Origin: Acidimicrobiales bacterium
GTDB taxonomy: Bacteria; Actinomycetota; Acidimicrobiia; Acidimicrobiales; GCA-2861595
DNA: 64,000 bases
Assembly: GCA_036262515.1 (NCBI GenBank)
Contig: DATAIT010000082.1
Span: forward strand, 654-64,653
Direction: 5' to 3'
Under the pieces are notes generated by a model, which did no database searches, had not been told where the DNA came from, and worked only from the letters and a program-made list of their open reading frames with translations. The translations under genes and the position numbers were made by a program. The number at the start of each line of letters is the position of its first letter. Within the stretch, counting starts at the first letter, position 1. Below are positions 40,303 to 48,831 of this stretch, one piece after another.

Positions 40303-42933
40303 TCAGTCACCTCCTTTCTGTAGCTGTGAGAGAACGTGCTCCGCCGCCCCCTCGCGCCGGGTCGGGCGCAGGAAGGGGAGGTGGACGGGGGTGTCGTGGA
40401 AGGCGGAGGCGAGGGCGAAGAGCACGCCTGCGCTCCCCGAGGCCAGATCCATCGAGAGCCGGAGGAGCATCTCGCCGGGAAAGGCCACGTTGCCGTCGTA
40501 GTCGACGGCGTGCCAGGCCAGGCGGCGGACGTGCCGGGCGACCCGCGGGTCGGCCGCAGCTGCCTCCTGCGATTGCCCGCCGGCCAGGTGCAGGAGCATC
40601 CCACTCCGGCCGTAGAACAATCCCGGTTCGATGAAGAACTCGCTGGATGCGGTCCGCCGGATGGCTGCGGCCGCAGCCGCGAAGCGGTCGTCGTGGCGGT
40701 GGCGCAGGTACTCCTCGAGCACCATGCCGACGCCGACGCTGCCGTCCATGAGGTACGGCATGGTGCGCCAGCCCTCGTCGACCTCCAGGGCCCCGTCCTC
40801 TCGGGCGACGCACCGGCGGAGGTCCTGGGCGAGAGCGGTCGCGGCCAGATCGAGCAAGGACCCGTCGCCGGACCGCTCGTACAACCGGATGAACAGGAGC
40901 GCCGGTCCGGACGAGCCGCGCATGAGCCCGGCGTAGGGATGGGCCCCACCGCTGATGGCCGGCGTGCTGTCCTCGTCGCCGAGGCGGTCGGCCACGCACT
41001 GCGCCGCCGTCCAGGCCAACTCGCTGGCGGACGGGTCGGCGTGGCGCTCCCCGAGGTGGTGGAGGTTCAGGGCGATTCCCGACAGGCCCCCGAAGAGGTC
41101 GAGGCCGAGCCGATCCCACCGGCCCTTGACGTCGTCCATGCAGATGTCGAGGACCTTCTGCGCCTCGGCCCGGTACTCGAACCGGTCGAGCACGTAGGCG
41201 ACGCCTTGCAACCCGTCGTAGAAACCGAGCCGGGATCCGGGCTCGGGGTGGGTGGCTCGCTGCACCAACCATTCCTCGTAGTCGCCGGACCGCCCGGCGC
41301 CCGTCTCGGCCAGCGCGTACAGGACGCCGGCGGCCCCGTAGGCGAGGTTCAGTCCGCCCGTCTGGAACTGCTTGATGTCGCCGGGGAACAGGCGGTCATC
41401 GCGCTCGGGCGTCGCGGAGGCTCGGATGGCGGCGACGATGGAAGCACGGGCAGCAGGCCAACCGTCGACGTCCGGGGCCAGCAGATCCCATACGGGGGCG
41501 CCGGTCCCGATGCCGTCCGGACGGCCGGCGGAGACGATGGTGGTGGCGGCCTCGTCGAGGTAGCCCTCGGGCACCGGGAAGAGGGTGGCGATCTCGGCGG
41601 CGAGGTGCCGGGCCTTGGTCCGGTCGAAGGCGAACATGCTGGTGAGCGGCAGGAACATGTAGAGCCGGAGGCAGGCCAGGGCATATCGGTCGACGTCGAC
41701 GCCCGCGCACCCGTGGGGCGGGGCGAACCCGGGGGCGCCCAGCGTCGGCCGCAGGCCGTCGTCCACGTCGCCCGAGACCTCGAAGTCGATGAGTGCGATC
41801 GAGCCGTCGGGGCGTACGAGGACGTTGTTGGGATGGAAGTCACGGAAGACGACGCCGCGCTGGTGGAGCGCGTCGATCGCCCGCTCCACCGCCGTGCACA
41901 TGTCGACGGCCCACGCCGTGTAGGCAGCCACCTCCGCCGGGTCGGCCTCGTCGGTGAGCAGCGGATACCGGCCCACCACCTGGTCGCTCAGGGACTCGCC
42001 CTCGATGAACTCCATGGCGAGGAAGCGGTGGTCGCCCACGTCGAACGAGTCGACCACCCGGGGAACGCTCTCCAGCCCGGCCAGCCGCTCGAGGATCTGC
42101 CGTTCCCGTTCCAACCGGGCCACCGCGTCGGTCCGGGCCCGATCGAGGCCGGCGTGGGGCCGAGCCTCCTTGAGCACGATGCGCGACCCCGTTCGCTGGT
42201 CGACGCCCTCGTAGAGCCCGCCGCCGTTGGAGAAGTGGAGGGCCCGTTCGACCGTGAATGGCAGGTCCTTGACCGTGGCATTGGCGCGAGCCGTGAGGTG
42301 CGGCTCGAGGAAGGGAGGCAGGGGCACCCACGAGGGCGGCTTGAAGACCGGGCCGCGCGCGTCGGGCACGAGCTCGCCCGCGTCGTCGGCGATGGCAAGC
42401 ACCAGCTCTCCGTCCGGCCCGAGGCAGTAGCGCTCGGCAAAGCCGCCGTACCGGACGAAGAGCGGGCCGTCGCCCCATCGCAGGTCGCTGAGGATGTAGG
42501 GCCCCGGCTGCCCCTCGAGCATGGTCCCCAGCTCTTCGAGGATCGTCCCCAGCTCGGTCTCGTCCTTCGGATAGATCGTCACGAACTTCCCGCTGGCACC
42601 TCGGTCGGCATACTTCGAGTTGCGCAGGAGGACGTACTGAAGGCTCCGGATGAACTTGAACGGGATACGTCGGGGAACGCAGTACTCGAAGACGACGGCC
42701 AGCACGTCTTCGGCGTTGTCGAGGCAGGTGGACGCATGGATCTTCCACCCCTGCTGGGGCATCTCCACGTCCTCGGGCCAGCAGATCAGCCAGTCGTCCG
42801 AGGGCACGCGACGCCATCCCTCGGGCAGGGGGCGGTCGGCGATGGCGAAGTCGACGTCGTCGCCACGCGTCACGGTGCACGAGTCGTAGAAGATGGGATC
42901 AGCTAGGCAGTACTCCTCGTACCCCTGCTCCAC
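40303..42933 (-). CDS. class III lanthipeptide synthetase LanKC (lyase + Ser/Thr kinase + Zn-ligand-free LanC-like cyclase), RamC/AmfT/LabKC-like
   Basis: The lyase motif is GWKIHAS. Kinase motifs are LKEARPH, FRDFHPNNVLV and LIDFEVS. The C-terminal LanC-like repeats (GLSGIALNL, GSSGPALLF, GRSGMLLHL, GSAGVLFAL) lack the WCxG/CHG zinc ligands. The start was moved from 43116 to GTG 42933, which is preceded by AGGAGG at 7-nt spacing with rare codons upstream. Confidence 0.85.
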   Translation of the reverse strand: MEQGYEEYCLADPIFYDSCTVTRGDDVDFAIADRPLPEGWRRVPSDDWLICWPEDVEMPQQGWKIHASTCLDNAEDVLAVVFEYCVPRRIPFKFIRSLQYVLLRNSKYADRGASGKFVTIYPKDETELGTILEELGTMLEGQPGPYILSDLRWGDGPLFVRYGGFAERYCLGPDGELVLAIADDAGELVPDARGPVFKPPSWVPLPPFLEPHLTARANATVKDLPFTVERALHFSNGGGLYEGVDQRTGSRIVLKEARPHAGLDRARTDAVARLERERQILERLAGLESVPRVVDSFDVGDHRFLAMEFIEGESLSDQVVGRYPLLTDEADPAEVAAYTAWAVDMCTAVERAIDALHQRGVVFRDFHPNNVLVRPDGSIALIDFEVSGDVDDGLRPTLGAPGFAPPHGCAGVDVDRYALACLRLYMFLPLTSMFAFDRTKARHLAAEIATLFPVPEGYLDEAATTIVSAGRPDGIGTGAPVWDLLAPDVDGWPAARASIVAAIRASATPERDDRLFPGDIKQFQTGGLNLAYGAAGVLYALAETGAGRSGDYEEWLVQRATHPEPGSRLGFYDGLQGVAYVLDRFEYRAEAQKVLDICMDDVKGRWDRLGLDLFGGLSGIALNLHHLGERHADPSASELAWTAAQCVADRLGDEDSTPAISGGAHPYAGLMRGSSGPALLFIRLYERSGDGSLLDLAATALAQDLRRCVAREDGALEVDEGWRTMPYLMDGSVGVGMVLEEYLRHRHDDRFAAAAAAIRRTASSEFFIEPGLFYGRSGMLLHLAGGQSQEAAAADPRVARHVRRLAWHAVDYDGNVAFPGEMLLRLSMDLASGSAGVLFALASAFHDTPVHLPFLRPTRREGAAEHVLSQLQKGGD

Positions 42934-43399
42934 GCCCCATCCTCCTATCCCGCAGTCGTGCGCCCGCCAACGGGCGCGTGAGGTATCGACGAACACGTCG
43001 TCGTCAGGCTCCGCCGAGCCACTGGCACGTCCGGTGACTTCCCCAGCTACCGCATGTTGAGATCGAGGAGCAGGGACGCCGCACGCCTCCGCTCCCACTT
43101 GTTCCGCCTGCCGCACCCCGCAGGCACGCCGGCCGGAGGGATGCCACTACCGCCTTCGTGCATGGGTGTCTACCCGGCGGTACCCGGCCCGAAACAAGTA
43201 AATCGCGGAAAGTGTGGCCGGTTATACGGGAAAAGGAAGACAATAACGGTTTGTCCGATTGGCAGGTCCTGCCACCCCTGGCAGCCGGAAATGGCCCAGG
43301 CGTCGTGCCATCATATGGAAAACCGACGAAACGTTTTTGTTGGTCGAATCAGCCAGGGCCGGGCCCGGCGGGGCGCCGAGGCGGCGATAGCGTCGTGTC

Positions 43400-44257
43400 G
43401 TGGATCTCGTGCGGTGGGAGAGGCGCCCCAACCTTCGCCGGCCGGTGCTCATCGCCGCCTTCGAAGGGTGGAACGACGCGGGTGACGGAGCGTCGATGGC
43501 GGCCAGGTGGCTGGCCGCCGCCTGGGAGGCCCGCACGTTCGGCACCATCGATCCCGAGGAGTTCTACGACTTCACGGTGACGCGTCCCCACGTCCGCCTC
43601 GTCGACGGTCTCACCCGCCGCGTCGACTGGCCGGACGGCGAGCTGCAGGCCGCGTCGCCGGCGGGATCGGTGCACGACGTCGTGTTCCTCCATGCCGCCG
43701 AGCCGCAGCTGCGATGGCGGACATACGCAGCGACGGTGGTGGAGATCGCCACCACGCTCGGCGTGGAGCTCGCCATCACCCTCGGCGGCCTCGGCGCCGA
43801 GGTGTCGCACACCCGACCCGTCAGGGTCACCGGCACGGCGGCCGATCCCCAGCTGGTCCAGCGGCTCGGGCTCCGGCGATCACGCTACGAGGGGCCCACC
43901 GGCATCGTCGGCGTGCTCCACGACGCGTTCGGCCGGGCCGGGATCCCGTCGGCGTCGCTGTGGGCCAACGTGCCCCACTACGTGTCGGCCACGCCGTCGC
44001 CGAAGGCGGCGCTGGCGCTGGTGGAGCGGGCCGGGGCGCTGCTCGGGGTCACCGTCGCCGCCTCCGATCTGGAGATCGCGGCGGCGGCCTACGAGCGCCA
44101 GGTGACCGAGGTGGTCGAGGACGACGACGACATCGCCGCCTACGTGAGCCGGCTCGACGAGCTGGGGGCCGCCGACGACGAGGAGCTCGAGTGGCCACCC
44201 GGTGACGGCCTCACCGACGAGGTCGAGCGCTTCCTGCGGGAGCAGTCACCGGAGTAG
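43400..44257 (+). CDS. PAC2-family protein
   Basis: GTG start. Contains PVLIAAFEGWNDAGDGAS and YEGPTGIVGVLHDA, and has an acidic C-terminal tail. Confidence 0.7.
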   Translation: MDLVRWERRPNLRRPVLIAAFEGWNDAGDGASMAARWLAAAWEARTFGTIDPEEFYDFTVTRPHVRLVDGLTRRVDWPDGELQAASPAGSVHDVVFLHAAEPQLRWRTYAATVVEIATTLGVELAITLGGLGAEVSHTRPVRVTGTAADPQLVQRLGLRRSRYEGPTGIVGVLHDAFGRAGIPSASLWANVPHYVSATPSPKAALALVERAGALLGVTVAASDLEIAAAAYERQVTEVVEDDDDIAAYVSRLDELGAADDEELEWPPGDGLTDEVERFLREQSPE

Positions 44258-44272
44258 GCCGCGTGCCTGCGC

Positions 44273-45769
44273 TCAGGGGTGGACGCCGTAGCGGGCCAGG
44301 ATGGCGGCCGCGTCCGGGAACACCGACGCGGCCGATTCCACGAGGTCGGTCGGCCTGGCCACTCGGTACGCGTGCCGGGCCACGTAGACGCGCAGCGCGC
44401 AATCCACCAGGTCGGCGTCGCCCAGTGCGGCCACCGCCTGCGCACCCTGGATGTAGACGCTGCGGTAGTAGATGCTCTTGCGCGACTCCCAGAACGTCAT
44501 CGGCTCACCCACGTGCCCGCGCCCGGCGGCGGGGATCGACGTGGACCGCATGCTCGCCAGCGTGCCCTCGACCCTCGCCTCGGCGTAGGTGGCCAGCCCC
44601 TCGTCCAGCCAGGGGTCGCGGCCCTGGTTGTTCTCGACGAGGCCGTAGAACCACATGTGGGCCACTTCGTGCGATGTCGTGCGTCCATTGGTGCCGGGGC
44701 CCTGGAGCACGTGCATCGGGTACTCGATGCCGCCGCTCAACGCCGGCGTGATGGCGAGCGTGTACGCAGGCCACGGGTAGGGGCCGAACCGGCGCCCGTA
44801 GTCCTCGAGGGCGCGGACGACCTTGGCCAGGTACACCTCGGGTGAGTCGCCGATGTCGGCGTGCACGCCCACCGTCACCCGCACCGGCTGTGGCGCGTTG
44901 GCCGTGCCCGTCGCCAGCGTGAAGTGCCCCACCGACAGGGCGAAGTCGGGGACGCCGGTCGCCGTCCACCGGCCGCCCCCCTCGTTCGTCCCGGTGGCCA
45001 GCACGTCGAAGCCCGACGGGACCGTGATCGTGGCCTCGAAGTCGGCGGCCGCCGTCGTGGTGGCCTCGGCAAACCCCGACGACGCCGGCTGCTCGGCCCA
45101 ACCGATCCCGGGTTCCCAGGCCAGCACGGGGTAGAAGGAGCCGAGGCGGATGGCGTCGCCCGTGCGCGAGATCCGGTCCGAGACCGTGCCCGGGAGCGTG
45201 AGACGCCACGGCACCGAGACCTCGACGGCGTGGCCCGCGGCCAGGTTGCCGGGGCGGGCGACCACCGTGGTCGGGTCGGTCGTGACGGCGTCGACCTGCC
45301 TGCCGCCGACCGAGACCCCGCCGACGTCGAGCCTGGCCCCGCCGGCGGCCGTCCGCGGCGCGTTGGCCCACAGGCGGAACACCAGCTTGTCGGTGTTGAG
45401 ATCGGGGGTGAAACGCACCACGGTCTCGCCCTCGACCACGTTGTCGGCCGGCTCCACGTCGATCCGCAGCGTGTACCGGGACCGGTCGTCCCGTGGGGCG
45501 ACCCGCGGCGGGATGGACGGGCACGACGGCGGCGCTCCGGCCGGCGCCGCCGTCGCCGGCGCCGCCGACGTGGTGGGGCGTCCTGCCGTGGTGCCCGGCG
45601 CAGCCGGCGTCGTGGACGACGGCCCGGGGCCCGCCGTCGTCGACGGGCCCGTGGTGGACGTGGTCGACGACGACGTCGAGGTTCCCGGCGCAGCCGCATC
45701 GTCGCCGCCGCAGGCGCCGGACGTGACGGCGGCGACGACCAGGAGCGCAGCCGCCGTCCGTCGGGACAT
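44273..45769 (-). CDS. M1-type (gluzincin) zinc metallopeptidase lipoprotein
   Basis: The start was moved to MSRRTAAALLVVAAVTSGAC (lipobox). A Ser/Thr/Pro-rich linker follows. The active site is HEVAHMWFYGLVENNQGRDPWLDEGLA, i.e. HExxH-N18-E. Confidence 0.8.
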   Translation of the reverse strand: MSRRTAAALLVVAAVTSGACGGDDAAAPGTSTSSSTTSTTGPSTTAGPGPSSTTPAAPGTTAGRPTTSAAPATAAPAGAPPSCPSIPPRVAPRDDRSRYTLRIDVEPADNVVEGETVVRFTPDLNTDKLVFRLWANAPRTAAGGARLDVGGVSVGGRQVDAVTTDPTTVVARPGNLAAGHAVEVSVPWRLTLPGTVSDRISRTGDAIRLGSFYPVLAWEPGIGWAEQPASSGFAEATTTAAADFEATITVPSGFDVLATGTNEGGGRWTATGVPDFALSVGHFTLATGTANAPQPVRVTVGVHADIGDSPEVYLAKVVRALEDYGRRFGPYPWPAYTLAITPALSGGIEYPMHVLQGPGTNGRTTSHEVAHMWFYGLVENNQGRDPWLDEGLATYAEARVEGTLASMRSTSIPAAGRGHVGEPMTFWESRKSIYYRSVYIQGAQAVAALGDADLVDCALRVYVARHAYRVARPTDLVESAASVFPDAAAILARYGVHP

Positions 45770-45868
45770 GCCCCATGCTCGCAGCCCGGGCACCTCGGTG
45801 TGGGGCGGGCGCGCCACCTGGGCGGGGCGCGGCCGCGCAGGGCGGATGGCCCACCTAGTGTCGCCGCC

Positions 45869-46363
45869 GTGCCCGGCGATCGTCTCGTCCCGACCTGCGT
45901 GTGGCGCATCTCCGCCGACGTGGTGCGGGCGCTCGACGAGCGCTTCGGCGAGCCGGTGGACGCGTACGTGAACGGGTCGCAGGTATGGATCCGCGAAGAC
46001 GGCCCGGGCGGCATCTCCCTCGAATGGCGGCTTCACCCCGTGGCCGGCTTCCGCCGCCCTGCCGGCATCGGCACCGACGACCTGTTCCCCACCGTCGCCC
46101 TGGCCGTCGCCGGGCAGGGCGGCCCGGCACCCGCGCCCGAGTCGCTGTGGGACGGGCTGGAGGCGTTCCCGGCCTACGGCGACGAGACGGAGCCGGCGCC
46201 CCTGCGTCGGGCCGCCCGCGACGCCCTCGGTCTGCCCCCCGACGGCGCCGGTCTCGTCGACCACGGCGCCATCGGCGACGAGTGGGAGCGCACGGGCGGG
46301 CGGGTATCGGTGATCGAGGACCTGCTCCGCCAGCTGGCTGCGCCCTCGGAGCGCGAGCTGTAG
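45869..46363 (+). CDS. hypothetical protein
   Basis: This is the C-terminal 164 codons of a 500-aa listed ORF. The rest of that ORF is antisense to the M1 peptidase. It has a GTG start and coding-like GC3. Confidence 0.5.
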   Translation: MPGDRLVPTCVWRISADVVRALDERFGEPVDAYVNGSQVWIREDGPGGISLEWRLHPVAGFRRPAGIGTDDLFPTVALAVAGQGGPAPAPESLWDGLEAFPAYGDETEPAPLRRAARDALGLPPDGAGLVDHGAIGDEWERTGGRVSVIEDLLRQLAAPSEREL

Positions 46364-46374
46364 AGCCCAGCCGA

Positions 46375-47058
46375 TCAGCCGGGCGGGGCCGGCGGGCGAG
46401 GCGGGTCGAAGAGGGCCTCCACGTGCTCACCGCGCAGGGCGGCGAACGCCGTGCGACCCCAGCGGTCGACGCCGGCCAGGGGCGACGGGAGGGCGCCCTC
46501 GGCGAACCACCCCACGTCCAGGCACTCGAGCGGATGGGCCTTCAGCGTGCCGCCCACGGCCCGGCAGTGGAACACGACCGAGTAGAGCGGGATGCGGGTG
46601 AAACCCAGGCGCATCCCGTCGAGCACGGCCAGGAGACGCAGTGGTTCGACGTCCATGCCGGTCTCCTCCCAGACCTCTTTGACCGCGACCTCCGACGCCG
46701 AGTAGCCGACGTCGGCCCATCCCGTGGGGTACAGCCACACGCCCGAGTCGGCCCTGCGCACGAGGAGCAGCTCGCTGCGCTCGTTGCCCACGACGGCCCC
46801 GACGGCGACCTTCGGTGTGACGTAGCCGGCCACCCCCTCGCCCACCGACCGCATCCACTCGTCGACGAGGGCGTCGGCGGCCAGCGGGTGCCCGGCGGCC
46901 GCCCGCATGTCCGCCGCCACCTTCAGGACCTCCTCGAAGCGCTCCCGCTCGTACAGGCTCTCCGTGAAACCGAGACCGGTGCGGGCGACGGCGGAGAGCG
47001 CTTCGCTCCAGCGGAGCAGGTCCGACGTGGAGGCGGGCGCCGCGTCCTCGTTGTCCAC
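46375..47058 (-). CDS. NUDIX hydrolase with N-terminal helical domain
   Basis: The Nudix box is GWADVGYSASEVAVKEVWEETGM. Confidence 0.8.
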   Translation of the reverse strand: MDNEDAAPASTSDLLRWSEALSAVARTGLGFTESLYERERFEEVLKVAADMRAAAGHPLAADALVDEWMRSVGEGVAGYVTPKVAVGAVVGNERSELLLVRRADSGVWLYPTGWADVGYSASEVAVKEVWEETGMDVEPLRLLAVLDGMRLGFTRIPLYSVVFHCRAVGGTLKAHPLECLDVGWFAEGALPSPLAGVDRWGRTAFAALRGEHVEALFDPPRPPAPPG

Positions 47059-47157
47059 GGCGGTCGAGGCTAACGCCTCACCCCACCGCTCGACGCCGGC
47101 GGCCCGGGCCGATCAGCGCTGCCAGTATGGCTGGGTCACGGTGAGGAGGACGGCAAA

Positions 47158-47406
47158 ATGGCGAAGAGCCTGGAGGACGCCCGGCGCAGGCTGGACGACG
47201 AGTTCGGACAGGTCCGGCGGCGGCTGGCCAAGATCCACAAGGCCCTCGACAAGGTCGAAGAGGCCGGTCCGGAGGACGACCTGCACGACCTGTTGAAGGA
47301 CCTCGAGGACGAGGTGAAGGAGGTCCGTACCGGCGGGCTGACGGGGTCCGGCGCCAACGGCCACCGTCGCGCCCTCGAGGAGTACCGGCATATCAAGTCG
47401 GGGTGA
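47158..47406 (+). CDS. small hypothetical protein (charged, helical)
   Basis: 82-aa ORF with coding-like codon usage. Confidence 0.5.
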   Translation: MAKSLEDARRRLDDEFGQVRRRLAKIHKALDKVEEAGPEDDLHDLLKDLEDEVKEVRTGGLTGSGANGHRRALEEYRHIKSG

Positions 47407-47431
47407 GCCGCGCCGTCGCGTCGCGGCGGTC

Positions 47432-48187
47432 TCAGACGACGGGCAGCAGCCCCTGGACGACCGGCGTCCTGGTGCTCGAGACCACGCCACCCGCCTCCTC
47501 GGCGGTGAGGGCCAGCACCGAGACGCCCGGGCTGGCCACCTTGAATGCGGCCACGCCCGGATCGGAGCCGAGCACGCCGACCGACACGGCCCGATCACCG
47601 GTCACGGCCCACAGCTGGTACGTCTGGCTGTCGGGCAGCTTCGGCAGGTTGTCGCCGACCAGGAAGGCGTCGCCGTTGTCGCGTACGACGGCCTGCACGA
47701 TGGTGACACCGTCGTTCGAGCGCAGGTCGACCCGGCGGGCCGAGGTGTCGAGGAGCGCCGCCCGCACGGCCTCGTCGAGCCCCTTCTCCTGCAACGCCGC
47801 CGCCAGCTCGTCGGTGCGGCCGTCGAGATGGCGCACCTGCACCCCGAGGATGGCGATGACGGCGGCGGCGGCAGCAGCGACGGCGGCGGCCATCCGGAGC
47901 GGGATCGACCGGCGGGGCCGGCGACCGCTCATCGACACCACCCGTGCCATGTCGAGCTGCGGCGGCGGTTCCTCCAGGTTGCCGGCGATACGGGCCCATA
48001 CGCCCGGCGGTGCGGTCGAGCCGACCTGGGCCAACGACGCCGCCACCTCGCGGTGATCGGCGACCTCGGCGCGGCAGCGCGGGCAGTCGCGGAGGTGCAC
48101 CTCGACGAGATCGGCCTCCTCGGCGTCCACGGCGTCGAGGGCGTACACCCCGAGCAGCTCCTGGATCTCCAGATGTGTCAGTTCCAC
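47432..48187 (-). CDS. anti-sigma factor (zf-HC2 N-terminus, single TM, RskA-like extracytoplasmic domain)
   Basis: GTG 48187 overlaps the sigma gene end by 10 nt. It has the HLRDCPRCRAEV zinc motif, the TM segment AAAVAAAAAAVIAILGV, and a C-terminal YQLWAV motif. Confidence 0.75.
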   Translation of the reverse strand: MELTHLEIQELLGVYALDAVDAEEADLVEVHLRDCPRCRAEVADHREVAASLAQVGSTAPPGVWARIAGNLEEPPPQLDMARVVSMSGRRPRRSIPLRMAAAVAAAAAAVIAILGVQVRHLDGRTDELAAALQEKGLDEAVRAALLDTSARRVDLRSNDGVTIVQAVVRDNGDAFLVGDNLPKLPDSQTYQLWAVTGDRAVSVGVLGSDPGVAAFKVASPGVSVLALTAEEAGGVVSSTRTPVVQGLLPVV

Positions 48188-48819
48188 GCGATCTCCCCCG
48201 AGTCTCCCAAGTCGCTCGACGACAACGCCGAGCGCATGCGCTGCAGTCCCGCTCTGATCCTGCTCTTGACCGTCCCCTCCGGCTCGCCCAGGAGTGTGGC
48301 GACCTCGCGGTAGGTGTGGCCCCCGAAGTAGGCGAGCTCGATCGCCCGGCGTTCGGCCGCCGGCAGCACGGCGACGACTTCCTTCACCTTCTCGGCGACC
48401 GTCAGGTCCCACACCTCGTGCTCGAGGTCGTAGCCGGCCTCGGCCGTCTGGCGGGCCTCACGTTCCTCCCGCCGCCGCCGCGAACCGTCGGACCGCAGGA
48501 GGTCGACGGCTCGGCCGTGCGTCTGGGCCAGCAGGTACGAGCGCAGTGAACCCCGGTCCGAGTCGAACTTGTCGGGTTGGGTCCACAGGCGCAGGAACAC
48601 CTCCTGCACGACCTCCTCGGCGGTGGTCAGATCGGCCAGCACCCTCCGGGCCAGGGCGAACACGGCGCCGGCGTGGCGGCGGTACGCCTCGGCCAGCGCG
48701 TCCTCCCGGTACCTGGCGATGGCCACGACCAGCGCCCCGTCACTCATCTCCTGAAGCGCAGCCGTCACCGGTGTCTCTTCGGACCCGGTCAGGGGGCTGG
48801 ATGGCACCTCGGGCGCCAT
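48178..48819 (-). CDS. ECF-type RNA polymerase sigma factor
   Basis: Region 2 is EVVQEVFLRLW and region 4 is RAIELAYFGGHTYREVATLLGEPEGTVKSRIRAGL. Confidence 0.85.
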   Translation of the reverse strand: MAPEVPSSPLTGSEETPVTAALQEMSDGALVVAIARYREDALAEAYRRHAGAVFALARRVLADLTTAEEVVQEVFLRLWTQPDKFDSDRGSLRSYLLAQTHGRAVDLLRSDGSRRRREEREARQTAEAGYDLEHEVWDLTVAEKVKEVVAVLPAAERRAIELAYFGGHTYREVATLLGEPEGTVKSRIRAGLQRMRSALSSSDLGDSGEIAWN

Positions 48820-48831
48820 CGACCTACGCGG

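Noticed and set aside
40336-42906. 856-aa plus-strand ORF opposite the lanthipeptide synthetase.
   Set aside because: The minus-strand frame carries the lyase, kinase and LanC-like motifs. The plus frame has none.
42934-43116. N-terminal 61-codon extension of the LanKC ORF (start at 43116).
   Set aside because: It contains rare codons (ATA, GGA, TCA, GAT) and has no SD. An internal GTG at 42933 has AGGAGG at ideal spacing and gives a family-typical N-terminus.
43047-43163. 38-aa minus-strand ORF (MHEGGSGIPPAGVPAGCGRRNKWERRRAASLLLDLNMR) upstream of LanKC, considered as a second precursor because it contains LLLDL.
   Set aside because: The LLDL-like motif is at the C-terminus, with no Ser/Ser/Cys core after it. 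There is no SD, and the Arg-rich composition is non-coding-like.
43387-43402. Leaderless start for the PAC2 gene (TAGCGT ends 6 nt before GTG 43400).
   Set aside because: It is plausible for actinobacteria, but it rests on a single weak TAnnnT match. It cannot be supported without TSS data.
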